Of a DNA stretch of 64,000 nucleotides, positions 12,801-25,292 are shown one piece after another. How positions within the stretch are numbered: position 1 is the stretch's first letter; every line of letters begins with the position of its first letter. The stretch lies in NCBI GenBank assembly GCA_030704615.1, contig CM060731.1, positions 2,170,001 through 2,234,000 of the forward strand, read 5' to 3'. This DNA comes from Takakia lepidozioides. Lineage: Eukaryota; Plantae; Bryophyta. Under the pieces are notes generated by a model. The model saw only the letters and a program-made list of their open reading frames with translations. It made no database searches and had not been told where the DNA came from. A program made the translations under genes and the position numbers.

Positions 12801-14050
12801 ACACGTCTTACTCCATGATTATGTCACTCATCAATCTTGCATCCGAATTGCGTCAGAGATCAGAAGTTTAATGTAAAGTCCAAGGCAATAATAAACATGA
12901 AATGAGAACACTCATGGAATGACTACATGACTGGACAGAGAATGGGTTGACCCCATCCGAGGAGAAGCCGAGGTGGACATGTCGTGGGTCCTCCAAGAGA
13001 AAAGGCCACATCTCTTCAATATGCCTCCATGCTTGTGAATCTTGTGGCCCGCACACCTTTCCCGGGGGCTCCGATGAGAGGCGTGCCATCTCATGAGTCT
13101 GGCCAATTTTGGGCTTCGGTATTGTGCCCTCAATCACGGGATGATCGGAAAGTAATGCATTTTCTAGGATGACCCCCACATGTAATCATCCCATTAGCAC
13201 ACATAATACAACACCCTTATGCCTTTCCCTTTATGTAGCATCTCCCTCATTTGGGCATGAATGGTCAAAACCGAACGTCGCTGCTTCCACTCCTCACTCA
13301 CTCCTTCCAAAACCACAATCAGATCTTGCATGAGTACTACTATCTAAACCCTAAACTTTGTGGAATACACTTTACATGCATTGAGAAGATTAAATAAAGT
13401 AATTTCCATGCGAGGGGGAATGGCGCTTATACCTTGCGTGGTATTTTTTTCCCTTGGACATCATCCCGATATCGGTCTTTCTTGCACTTTGGGCACTTGG
13501 TGAGATGCGAATCCTCTCCGTAATATGGGGTTTTATCACATGGACATGCATGAAAAATCTTATAGCCCATCCCCACAGAGTCTAAGACTTCGTGCGCCTC
13601 TTTTCGCGACCGTGGCATCTTGGGTTTCAAGTGTGGAGCAAGGATATAGTCTGCAATAGTTCGCATTATGGCAGACATCCCAACATTGCTTATGCCAAAT
13701 CGAATTTGAAGATTGAGCAAAAGTAAGATTGTTGAAAGTCGACTCACTTTCGTCCCTTCGTACAAGGGAATTCTCGCCTTCCTCTCCATATCATTTGAGG
13801 GGGCCATTTCAGGATCATCGATTGGTCGGTTCCCTCTCCATGGGATGCATCAGCGCCCACATGATGCATTAAGAGATCCTCCATGGCTTGCACATCCTCC
13901 TGGTTAATTCCATGCTCATTGTTGTTGTCGTTGTCGCTGTCACTGTCATCGTCATCATCGTCCGGTACCGTGGGGGCGGCGTCTCGCCCACTGCTCCCGT
14001 CTGATGTACTTGGGTTGTTTTTGGATGGGGTGCCAAGAGAAAGGACCGGG
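9860..14050 (-). pseudogene. CACTA TnpD-like transposase (Transposase_21, DUF4218, DUF4216-like), intron-containing and disrupted
   Basis: FHACPCD..Y......CPKC...RY (13427-13807); LARLMRWH, DSQAWRHI..W and LGFSSDGVNPF (12868-13179); RGILLWTMHDYPG near 12580-12620; LDPMHIKKNV, GLKSHDYH, FFDIQVHLVVHL and WMYFLERYMKTLK (10628-11911); acidic C-terminus. Confidence 0.93.
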
Positions 14051-15581
14051 AAGAGATGGACAAAGTCCTGATACGAACAAATGAACATAGGACATATATT
14101 ATAATGTGTCATTGCTACCATACAACTTATTACAAGCGAAATGCAAACAACAACATTCAATGTGTGCGTGCATCAAATATGTCATTCAATAATTACATGT
14201 ATGTGCGCAACGTCACGCATGCAAAGTTTCAAACCCAAACAAAATCATTTGCCCCCCCCAAGGATGCGTTCACCCTATCAACCAATTTTTGTTTATTAAT
14301 ATGAAAGAAAATCCTCTCATGCCATTGCACCCATCAAAACGGATGTGGCTCAAGCTTCACTTTTTCCTACATGTGCTTAAATATGTGTGCAACACCTGTA
14401 CAAAGATCCAGCAGAAAAAAAAACATTTGCCTCCCCAACGACGCACTCACCCTTGCACCAATTTTGAATTAAATCGAATTAAAATGAATATAAAATGAAT
14501 ATATACATTTAGAAAATATATGATTGCGGTTTTGAGGGGCGTAATGATTTTATTTTTGGCTCTATTTTGTTCTGTGACATTGGGCTTTGCACCACTACAT
14601 CCATGCAAAAAGTTGGACATAAAAAAAAAATGGAATATATATATATATATATATTCTAGGGTTACTTTTGCAGAACTCTCTATGAAGAGTGCATGAAGTT
14701 AAAGATAACTCAACTTTGGAGTGCAAATGAGAGAACAAAATATGGTTCTGGGTCCAAATGACTTTTGTTTACTCCCAAATTTTGCACACACATTGCATAT
14801 GCTATCATTAAGCATATGGCTTGAAAATGGAATTAAAAAAAAAATCATGTGTAAGCGAAACGCAATTTTCCGTCTCTACGACACGTAGCTGCGTTCAACA
14901 CTAGAATGACCCATTGAATCAACTTGGTTCAAGCTCATATTTGGTCCACATGTGCATAAATATGTTTAGATCACATATGCAAAGTTGCAACCCACACGAG
15001 CAACAAGAAAAATATTTACATCAATCGATTAATCGGATGTATACAAAGTACATCATGAGAATATCTACAATGCCCCTCTACGCGATCCCTGTCTCAAAGG
15101 AACCCTAATTCTATCATACACATCTCACTCATGCTGTAATCGGAGGTCCCAATCATCCCGGGAGAACTCGTATGATACAAATAGTTCGTTGCCAGCCCTA
15201 ATAGTCCTACTAGCACATGTCATCACAAACATGTGCACTTTATTTTTATTTTGTTTTTTTTCATATGGTACTGGGTTAGGGTGTTTGTTTTTCTTTATGG
15301 TGCTGGGTTTTGGATTGGCGGTTTTGGTTGTGGGTCTTGGGGTTGAAAGGATAAACGGTGTAATTAGGATTCACATACCCAAAATGTGGTTCAATCTGAT
15401 AAGCGCAAAGCGCTGGGTCTCAATAAATTTTTCCATGGTGTGGGCATCCTGAAGATAGAACGTGAGGAAGGATTTATTGTCTTGGGCTCTCTAGCACCAT
15501 AGGGATGCTCCACCTTTGGTTACCAATTTTGAAAGCCCCGAGGCTGAGGCATAGGGTTTTTTCGCCAACGGTTTTTGAGAA

Positions 15582-16772
15582 ATGAAAGTGCTAGTGGTGT
15601 GTGCTAATTATGATGCGATGGTGAGGAAACATCAACCCGTCTCCCTCGAGGATGGGGAGGTAGTACCACATATCGATTGTGGCCCTAGAGCGATCATTTT
15701 TTGTGGCGAGGAGCCACCCATTGCATCTGATCCAATACAAGCTGCCGGACACAATCGTAGAAGGGACCGGGGCCAAATTTCAAGTGATGCGGAGGATGTT
15801 GATACTCCGGGATCGAGTCGGGCGCGCCGTGGGTTGCCCCCTCGCGGGCCACCCTGTCCACCCACGTCCACCTTTGACCCCCCCCGACAGGATTGAGTGT
15901 TGGTGCAGTAAGTATTGGGAATGGATACCGCCGGGCGGCACCAGACCACCGAGGCGGTGACCGCATGTTGTCGAAAAACATTACCAGAAGAACAGGATTG
16001 CGGATGCGGCAAAGGTGAGTGTTTTTCCCACTCCTCTCATTAACATTCATTTAAGGTACATTTAGGTTTATCTAATAATATAGTATGATTGGTAAGCATA
16101 CATGAATCTAATTACGACATAAGTATTGATGCGTCGTTCACTACGCATATTGCAGCCATGACTTGATGCCCAAGCTCGCAATCACATTGCACAGGAGGCA
16201 TTTCACGCCGGTCTACTTGCATAATTTGTGCCAGAGCATGTGCCCGATGTGACCAGTTGGTTCCCCCAGCAGCATGTAGATGAGATGCGTAGGGTCGAGG
16301 GGTATCGTAGGTGTCATAGGCGTTATGGCCGGCGACAAGCAGCCCCCCCCCCCCCCACCCCCCCCCTCCAGTTTCCTGAGGCGGTCCCCCTAATCCAGTA
16401 TCCTCATCTGATGATTCTCCGCATCGTACATGCAGTAGCAGCTTGTAGGCCGATTGTGGCTCCCCCCCCCCCCCCCCCCCCCCCCTCCCCCCGTCTGTTT
16501 CTTTGCCTGATCCACCTCCGGTAGTACCTGATCCGGACGTTGTACCCCCGGCTGCACCTCCGGCATTACATCCTCAACCACCTCCACTTTCATCTCCTCC
16601 GCCAGCAGTACCACCTCCACCTCCACGTGCATGTGCATGTGCCCCCCGAACCCCTAGGAGAGGTCGGCTTCGCCCTGGGTTTCCTCCTCTTCGGCTTGGG
16701 CATATGACCACAAAAGCTCTCATGCACATCGCTTCGCTCGTCCCATACTACATTGGTTCTCCTAGGATGTAA
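15582..16772 (+). other. Possible second (divergent) gene of the CACTA element, Pro-rich, fragmentary
   Basis: Short ORFs 15582-15896, 16228-16524 and 16503-16772 with a GT-AG intron signal near 16015-16155. No domain recognised. Confidence 0.3.
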
Positions 16773-18393
16773 AGGCCCTAAACCCTAAACCCAAAAAGGT
16801 CGGCCGTCGTCTCCTGCGACACCCTCGTGTCGCATTTGGCGACGTGTTTTTTTAATTATTTTAGCTGGGGGTCGCACCCTGCAACGGAAAGCCGTCGCGG
16901 GAGGTGACGTATTATTTATTTATTTATAGGGCCGAGGGTCGCAAGCAGCAACGGCCTGCCGTCGCGAATACCATTTGTACATTTCAAAAAAAAAATGGGG
17001 CGCAGACGTGCGACGGCCGGGTGTCGCACGTAGGCGCCGCGTTTTTCCTAAGTGCTTGAAGCACCTCCTTCCCCTCCCATTTTTGTTTGTTCTTTGGGAG
17101 AGAGGTAGTTCAGAGAGTGGGGTTTAGGGTGGAGGAGAAACGCACCTGCTGCTGAGCCCGAGGTGGTCGCAAGGCCCCAAGGTGTTAGCCCCAACGCCCA
17201 AGGTAAGCACCGCCTTCTCCTTCAATTTCTCTCTTGCTTTCTTGCCCTAAGCACGGGCTGATCTCTCCCTCCCCTGTGTGGTAGAAACGCCGCGCAGAGG
17301 CGAGATGTAAACGAGCTGAAAAGAGAGAGAGCCGTGGTGAGTGGGGGAGAGATGCCCTGCAGCGGCGGGGACCCGCGCCGTTGACAAACGCGACAGCACC
17401 GCAGCAGCTCGCTTGAAGCACCAACAGCTGCAGCAGCCATAGCAGCAGAGGTAGGTCAGGGTGGGGCCGATGAAAAAGAAGTTAGGAAGAAAACTTCCCT
17501 GAACTTGTTTCCAGTCTGTGACATGGGGGAGGACATCATGGATGCACTCAAGGGTCTATCCCACTCTTGGCACCTGACTGAAATTTAAACTCAGGGCAGG
17601 AAGCCTACCTTTGAGCAGTAAACAGAAGCAGAGAGGAAAGGGAGAGTGCAATGGTGACTGGCATTGCTTGTAGAAAACCATTTCAGTTCCAACATTAATG
17701 GAGTCCTGCCCTCAAAGTTTGAGAGAAGATGCAAAATGAATGAAAGCGCACATCTTGCAAGACCTTATGCAAATACATTAAATGGCTTACATTACTTATG
17801 TGTATCATCAATCCAGAAGGTCCAAATTTTTTGAGGCATGTGCTCCATCCATATTATTCTCTGACAGAAACAACTAAATGGACTATCCCCTATTTTTAAG
17901 ATGACAGCGCCGTTGTTGAGATCTTAGAATCCAATGTACTGCCTTCTTCTTATGAGCATATGAAACATAAATGCTCTGCATGTTTCCATTTATTTTACAA
18001 CCAATCGTTGATTAATCGTCCAACTATGAACTGACACACTAGACGGCACAATTTATTTACAATCAAATCCCATGACATGTATGTTGATTTGTTCTTTAAT
18101 TACTCATGTATGAGTAATGAGTACAAGTATTTGTGGCGACAATTGACTCTAAAACCAATAAATTGATTAAGACACCCATAACAAAATATTTAGTTACTTT
18201 ATCACTTACTTTATATTGTATTATGAAGGCGCCACCACAAAGTAACATGTCAATCGTACAACCATCTTCTGAGGATCCACGTGTAACCCATGTAGTCCAA
18301 AAAGCACTAACGCCAGAGTGTATAAAAAAGGTTCACATTTCAGATTTGGCCAATTTGGCCTTTGCCCTCGCCCCCCTTTCCCTCCGCTCTCCT

Positions 18394-18464
18394 TGGCGGG
18401 GGCAGGTTTGAACCCGCAACCTTGTGGAAAATACACCACAACCTTACCAACAAGCCATGCTCTA
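18394..18464 (-). other. tRNA-derived Pol III-like relic (A box, B box, partial cloverleaf); not a functional tRNA
   Basis: Minus strand TGGCTTGTTGG (A box), stem TTGTGG/CCACAA, T arm GCGGG-TTCAAAC-CTGC. No acceptor stem. Confidence 0.55.
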
Positions 18465-18742
18465 TTCAATGAAACAACCTCTACTTTTTTGTTAATAAAC
18501 TGTTCAGTTAAACTTGTTTCCATTACTACATGACTAACCCGGTATCATTACTACACTTAAGTAGTCTAGTATACTTGCACATTATCCCTTGCCACTCCCC
18601 CAAACAAACACACACAAACTACACAAGCACTTAACACGTCTCTAGTCTCTACACCCTGGAGACTCCCGTTGCGAAGAAGAGACGGAGGCGCCGCATCTCG
18701 GCCTTATACTATACCACCCCGAGGCAACGAGTTGTTGCGGTG

Positions 18743-21700
18743 ATGGGGAGGAAGAAGGACACTCGAGGGGGAGGCGTTGCTGGTGGTGGTGGTGGTAGAG
18801 GCAAGCTGCGGACGAAGAAGGTAAGCTGTAGTTTTGTTTTTTTTCATGACCTGCACTTAGGCATATGCGCCATCGCATAAGCCCCACCAAGCTGCTCCTA
18901 ATCTAGCACCTCCGCCGGCGCAGATGCCTAAGTCACTTCAACTCTCACAAGTTTGCGAATCTCCACACATACACACAACCGTCTCCGCCGGCGGAGACAA
19001 CTCATTCCCCTTGGTTTTTTCTGATGCTTGGAAGGGCTGGGCTGCCACCTCCGCCGGCGCATACCATTGGAGCTGGGATGCTCACATGTTTCAGGAAGTG
19101 CTCCTCTACTCCCATCCCGTTTATTTTTTTGCATGCTCATACGTTGCTGATGCTCCGAGCGGGTTGGGCTGGCGTATCCGCCGGCGCATACCTGTGCAGC
19201 AGGGCTGCTCAAATGTTTCAGGAAGTTCTCCCCTTTTCTATCTCCTTTGTTTTTCCGCATGCTCAAAAGTTGCTGATGCTCCGAGTGGGCTGCGCTGGCA
19301 TATCCGCCGGCGCATACCCATTGAGTACATTCTTTTTTGCTCAGCTCATAGGTTTTAGGAACCTCCTGCAAGCGTCTCCGCCGGCGGAGACACTTGGAGC
19401 TTGGTTTTTTTTGCATATTCCTTGTGTTACGGAAGCTCCAAAGCGCCAAGGTTGCCACCTCTGTCAACACAGACCCGTGCAGCAGGGCTGCTCACATATT
19501 TCAAGAAGTTCTCCCCCCCTTCCATCTCTTTTGTTTCTCCACATTCTCATAAGTTGTTGAGGCTCCGAGCGGGCTGGGCTGCCATATCCGCCGGCGCATA
19601 CCCATTGAGCACAATCTTTTTTTGCTTAGCTCCTAGGTTTCAGGAACCTCATGCAAGCATCTCCGCCGGCGGAGATGCTTGGAGCTTGGTTTTTTGTTGT
19701 ATATTCCTTGTGTTACGTAAGCTCCAAAGTGTCGAGGCTGCCACCTCCGTTGGCGCAGACGCTTGGGGAACCTTCCCTATTTTGGTTGATCACAGTATTC
19801 AAGTATCTCAAAGCTTCTACGTTGCCACCTCCACAACTCCACATGCTTCCATAGGCCTAGTTTGATCTTTCAAGGTGCTCCTGTATGTTTGGCTACAACC
19901 TCCCTTCCATGGTATGCGCCGGCGCATATGCTTGGAGCTCCTTGAGCAAAAATTTCTTCAAGGGCCTCAAATCTTGTCAAATTTTGAGTTGGTTGCACAT
20001 ATGTGTCATATGCGCCGGTGTAGGTGGTCAGAGGTCCTCTGTCGGGATGCTCAGGCCTGTATTCTACTCCAAGTTGTAAGCTTTGAAAGACAAGGATATT
20101 CATGGAATTAGTTGACTATCCAAATTCATTTGTTTTCTTCATGCAACCATGACACTGAACTGCTCTTTTTACATATTATACATTCACACATGTGCTCTTC
20201 TCATACACTGACATCTTGAACTGTTTTGGTCTATGGAATTAGGAAATTACTACTACAACTGAAGCTGTGGAGGCCGGGACGCTTGCAACCATTATTGACG
20301 ACATTGATGCAGGGAATTGGGGGGAGATGAGTATGAAGAGGATACAACATCTAGTGATCCTCTTTCTCTAGATGCCAAACAAGCAATTATTCTGGAAAAG
20401 AAACAAGATCTGAATGTAACTTTCAGGTCCCTCCTCATTGAGGATGGAGTTATGGACATTCCATTGTGTCGCATGATTTCTATGCAGGTTGTTAGGCCTG
20501 CCCTTGCCAACGACATCCTAAAGCTTAGAGGAGACTTCTATTCTGGATACCATCCAGGAGCAGCCGTGTTCTATGTTTCTGTTGAGGGGATTGATGGATC
20601 TACTATAGATGTAGGTCCTGATATCATCTCTTCATGGGATAGTCATTGGAAAACAGTCAATGATGAGTTTGAGAAGTATCTTGAGTCCAAGCCAAAGTTG
20701 CATCATCTTCGGGGAAGATGTTTCATGTCTGGGATGGGAATCATAGGCTTCAAGCATGGTATCCCTATATCAATGAAGTTCATGGGGCCAACTTGTCAAG
20801 ACATGTCTGTGTGACAAGTTGGGTGCTCAATGCGGACATTGAAAATCGTGGTTCCCTCACGTCCATCATGGATGGAGTGAATGTGTGAGTTTCCTTTCTA
20901 TTCTTCATTTACTTTCATGTTCAATGTTGTCATGTTCTTGCTCAATGGATGTACATATACACATCTTCTTTCTAATGATCATATTTTATATGTGCAGGGC
21001 AACAGAGAGGGCACATGGTACATCCAAATTTGTGCACTTGGTTTGCAAGGTCAATATGATTGGCCTTACACCTGTCTCTGAATGGAAGAATGTATTGAGG
21101 AAAGAGCAATACGACGAATGCATCAAGAAAGCAGGAAAGACTTGGTATAACCTGACAGTCCATGCAATGACAGAGATTTTGTACAAGGTAACATCATGTC
21201 TTAACCAAGTTTCATTCTTTGCATCCATAGACAAGATTCACCTCTGGTTCATGTTATGAACTGTTTTGGTTCTTTTGGCAGCATGATATTGTTGAGGCCC
21301 AACGCATGGCGGGGGAAGCTTACAAACTTGCTGAGGGGCCAAAGAGTCAAGAGGGCCTTGAAGATACAATGAGACAGGCTGGATTGAAAGCAAGGGAGCA
21401 ACACAAGAGTCAGCTTGTGAAGTTGCTTCCTATTGCTGATCCAACCCTTGGAGAGGGGTTTCTCCAAGAACTTAAACTGCATTGGTCATGTGTAAAGGCA
21501 GGATAAGAGGAAATGACCCAAGAGAAAATGGTGAACATTGCTACCGCCCGGGTGGATCCTGAAGAAAAGGTGGAATGACTACATATATGGAATGGAGACC
21601 AAACACTTCACGACCGTAATTTTTTTCCACCCGGGCCTATCAGTGGGCCAACACTTGATCCTTGGCTGAATAGAAGGACTTTTGGTGGCAGGTACATATA

Positions 21701-24348
21701 CAATCACTATCTTCTCAATGCAATTAATTCATTTTGTTGATGACACATTAACATAGTTATTTAACTGACTGTATTTTTTGGCAGCTTCGCAAGGTTGCCT
21801 TGGCTCAGTTTGCCTTGTACACCACTCAGCTTGGCCAATTTCATGTTGCCTTGGAGGAAGGAGAGAGTGAGAGTCTGGGAGACTACATGGAAGATGACTC
21901 ATTTCAATGAGTTGTTTCATAGAGAGTTCTCATTGCCAAAGGGGCCATTCAGAGGCAATGATTGGGAACAACAAACAGGTGGGGAGAAGGTGGTGAGACG
22001 AATTTTATTCAGGTACCATCTTTCCATTGCATTGTACATGGATAGTGTATACACCTTGTAAGTAAAAAATGTCTATGCTTCAAGTATTTTTCTAGTACAT
22101 TGGGATATACATGTTTCTTAATGTGCTTGTTCAATTGTTGAACAGGTTGCATAAATATTTGTCTCCACAATAACTTTGAGTGTGTTTGTATTTTAGGTAC
22201 ATGAGATTTGTGCTTGTACCGAGTGATCGACTTAAGGCTGAGCCCAAGTTTCTGATGGCCTGGAAGTTTGGTGCTCAACAAGCTTCCATGTACACACCTG
22301 CAATTGAGGAAGATTGGGGTGTGGAACACCGGGAAGGGGGGGGGGTTGGTATTTGGATATACCCAAGGGTACTATCCCCTATGCATAAATGGGACTTCAT
22401 AAGGAATGTGTTCGCAGGCAGTCAGTGAGTGATGAAGGGGGTATCTCCACTGAAGTCCCTGTTCTTGATCTGGAGCATGCAGAACAGATTGCTACACAGG
22501 CCGCTGACGCTGTAGCCCAAGTGGTCCTTGCCGTTGTGGGTGTACCAAAACGCAAATCACGAAAAAGAAAAGGTGCGGATGTCAATGCAGGTGTGGCCCC
22601 CAATGCAGGTGTGGCTTCTATTGCTGGTCCTATTGGTAGTTCTTCACATCCTTCAAATCAGTTGGTTGTAGTGCCTGCATCTACTACTCGAGGAAACAAG
22701 CCAAAGGCAGACGAACATCCTTACAGTGCAGTGTCATTTTCTGGTGGTGCACCTAGCATGTATCACATGATGATATGGTGGAGGCCTCAAGTACATCTCC
22801 TGATGCGACCTTGAAAGAGCTCATGGAGTTCTTAAAAAATGTGAGTTTCCCCCAACAAACAAACTTGAATGTAAGGAATTCTTCGATGTTTTTATATCCT
22901 CATCATCCGGCTATTGACTCCTACATTTTCTGTATGTTGTTTGCAGTTGCCAGGAACTTGGTCTAGTGTTGTGGATGGAAAAAGCGTGCATGTGGCTGTG
23001 GACATGATCATCGTGGACTGCCCAACAGGAATGCATGTACAGGGCTGTTTGGATGGTGTACAGGTTCCTCCCTGGAATGCTTTTGATAAACGGTATTGGG
23101 AGTATGCATTCTCCATTGCTAATGACCTGTTGGATGACAATGGATGCTTGGTGTTCTTGCAGGGCTCCGATGATTCCTTTGCATTGGAGCTCTTTTCTTA
23201 CTCCAGGGGCAGCTCTATTTCCGTATTATCAAGGAAATATACTTGCATCAATACCACCCCTCTACACACTCAGACAGGAAAGATAAAAATCATATCTCTT
23301 CAATATCTCATTGTTTGATGTTTCATCTTCCTACTCTCATACATATTATTAAACCATCCGGGTGCACTGTTTTTGTGGAAATGGCACGTCTAACAGACGT
23401 TCTTCCACGCCCATGTCCTCACCAAGCAAGGAGGACTATTCAAATTGCGTGAGTCTGGCAAAGTTGTGGACCCCCTTGCAGACCCTGTTGAGTTGGATGC
23501 CATCTACAACCACATTCCAGATGTTGCACTACCCATGCAAACTCCTCAACAAGCCTGGAGGGGTGCGCGAGACCGTAGTCCCGCCTTCATGCAAGTGTTG
23601 TTGGAGACATGCTCACCTCCTGACTCCCGCATTTTGGATATCACAGCTGGCACAAGTTTGCATTGGTCTCCATTTTGTAATTAAAATCTTCTGAGCTGAT
23701 TCATGATCATTAACTGTTATCCGATATAATATCATCATTGCATGTTTTTTTCCTGCAGGTTCTACATTTATTGCTGCCCGCGAGTCTGGACGTCACGTAT
23801 TTGGTCTTGAGGGGGACCAGACGTTGTATGCAGCACGTCTCTCTGTACTTCAAAATACTCAACCCGTTTTGGTTTCATCTGTGGTAACTCCAACCATTCA
23901 ACGTCCTGTGAGTTTGTTGGAACCCCCGCTCCTAAGGTGGCGCGCAAGCTTGGTCTTCATCTCGGCAGTACTTCCTAGTGAGTATGTCTCACCTCCATTC
24001 CCTTTGTTGCAATCTCAAAGCAAACCATTCCCATTTGATTTGTTAACATAAGTATACATGTATGTGTGATGCAGTGATGGGATTGTGCAGACCATCTACG
24101 ATAGTCTACCCCAAAGTCCTCTTTCATCGTTTTATCTACCTTCGTATGCCGAGTCCCAAGCTTTGCATTCAATACATCAACAACGTGATGTAGGTCTTTC
24201 CAATGATCTGTTGTTTGACCGAAGAGCAGCTATTGTTGGACAATCCGTGGATAGGTTGCGTAGAGTTGAGGCTTTCATGGATGTGTATGCCTCTGAATCA
24301 CAGGCTTATGACACGGATGATGAAGTATCAGCTGATGAGGTTATGTAG
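18743..24348 (+). pseudogene. Multi-exon ParB/Srx-like domain plus beta-class N6-adenine/N4-cytosine DNA methyltransferase-like gene (TE cargo), with frameshifts and stops
   Basis: Probable exon 1 MGRKK...RTKK|gtaagc (18743-18820). IPLCRMISMQVVRP (near 20460) and GKMFHVWDGNHRLQAW (DGNHR at 20733-20747, after a frameshift). VDMIIVDCPTG...W...AFSIANDLLDDNGCLVF (22990-23160). After the 23656-23758 intron: FMQVLLETCSPPDSRILDITAGT|SSTFIAARESGRHVFGLEGD, matching the beta-MTase pattern LI...S.PGD.VLDPF.GSGTT..AA...GR..IG.E. Confidence 0.78.
18905..20020. repeat. Intronic higher-order tandem array built around the palindrome CGCCGGCG (up to 16-18 bp: GTCTCCGCCGGCGGAGAC, TATGCGCCGGCGCATA)
   Basis: About 12 cores (9 intact) near 18913, 18981, 19049, 19175, 19301, 19374, 19457, 19584, 19659, 19745, 19913 and 20009. 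About 126 bp and about 285 bp periodicities. Confidence 0.9.
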
Positions 24349-24711
24349 GTAATTAGAAATTACATATACAATACATTGTCCTCATTGTCAGTCCGAATTT
24401 TTTGTTATTTTTTATGATACATGTATTTCTCTCTAGTGTAAGGTAAAACAAATGGGGCAAATGACATGGTGTTGAAATCAGATTTCATGTTATCTTCCTG
24501 TCATTTGATTTATCTATGTAATAGTTTGTACATAGATCTCTACTGCATTTCATAGATCCCTTTACCTTAATGCAAGTTCGACATGCACTTCAGCACTATC
24601 AAATTTCATCATTAGTAAGATCAACCCTTATGAGGATTGTGGCATGTTATGTACACACAGGGTGACTATCTTTATCTCATTAGTGTTTCATTTCATTAGT
24701 GTTTCAAGTCT

Positions 24712-24780
24712 GAATGGGTAGTGTAGTGGTATGAACTAGGCTTGATACCCGATAGGTTGTGGGTTCTATCTCTGATGGAC
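24712..24780 (+). other. Degenerate tRNA-like Pol III box pair
   Basis: TAGTGTAGTGG (24719-24729) and GGTTCTATCTC (24762-24772) at tRNA-like spacing. Stems are poor. Confidence 0.35.
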
Positions 24781-25292
24781 ATTATGTTTTTGTAAAATAA
24801 AAATGTTTCAGAAGATAGATATATAGATACTGCAAAACCTATGTAACAAGCTCCCTAGCATTGTCAAGCTCCCTAGCATTTCCTTAGCATTGCTCCATTC
24901 TGAACTTCAAACTAGACTCCCACCATTGGAAGAGCCCGTACCTTCACCATTTGTATCTAACAAGGAGCCGTGCCTCGTCATTTTTTAATTTTTCGACCTT
25001 TTTTCTCATGTTGGAAAGCCATAAAAGCAACATATTCCTCTCCCATTCCTATACTCACCCATGTGGAATAATAATACAATGAATATGGAATATTCTATAT
25101 AGAATATTCTTATTCCATCCTTTGATATTTTGACTATGGACCCTAAGATTAGATGAATCACAATTATTTATTTATTTTTGGGTACCCTTATTTAAGTGTT
25201 GTGCATATAAAATTGTTCCTATGCATATCTAAAATTTATATGCACGCATACATTCCTCCATATGCATGCATTTGTGTGCGCATATAGTATAG

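Larger units (their letters stand above)
9186..17054 (-). mobile_element. CACTA/EnSpm element (ends approximate)
   Basis: CACTACAGCAAA at 9186, then GCGACG subterminal repeats (9200-9665). Matching repeats at 16800-17040 end ...TTTTTCCTAAGTG. Internal TnpD transposase. The TIR match is imperfect and no clean 3-bp TSD is visible. Confidence 0.7.

Noticed and set aside
18394-18464. Functional tRNA genes (also 24712-24780 and 33712-33790)
   Set aside because: No paired acceptor stem and irregular anticodon loops. Kept only as tRNA-derived relics.
18924-19865. Several 140-180 aa ORFs here, and similar ones at 4390-5161 and 9009-9677
   Set aside because: They arise from GC-rich repeat arrays that lack stop codons, and the translations are repetitive.
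20317-23830. Bacterial or phage contamination explaining the ParB and methyltransferase motifs
   Set aside because: The coding pieces are separated by GT-AG introns, embedded in plant MULEs and repeated in three diverged copies.
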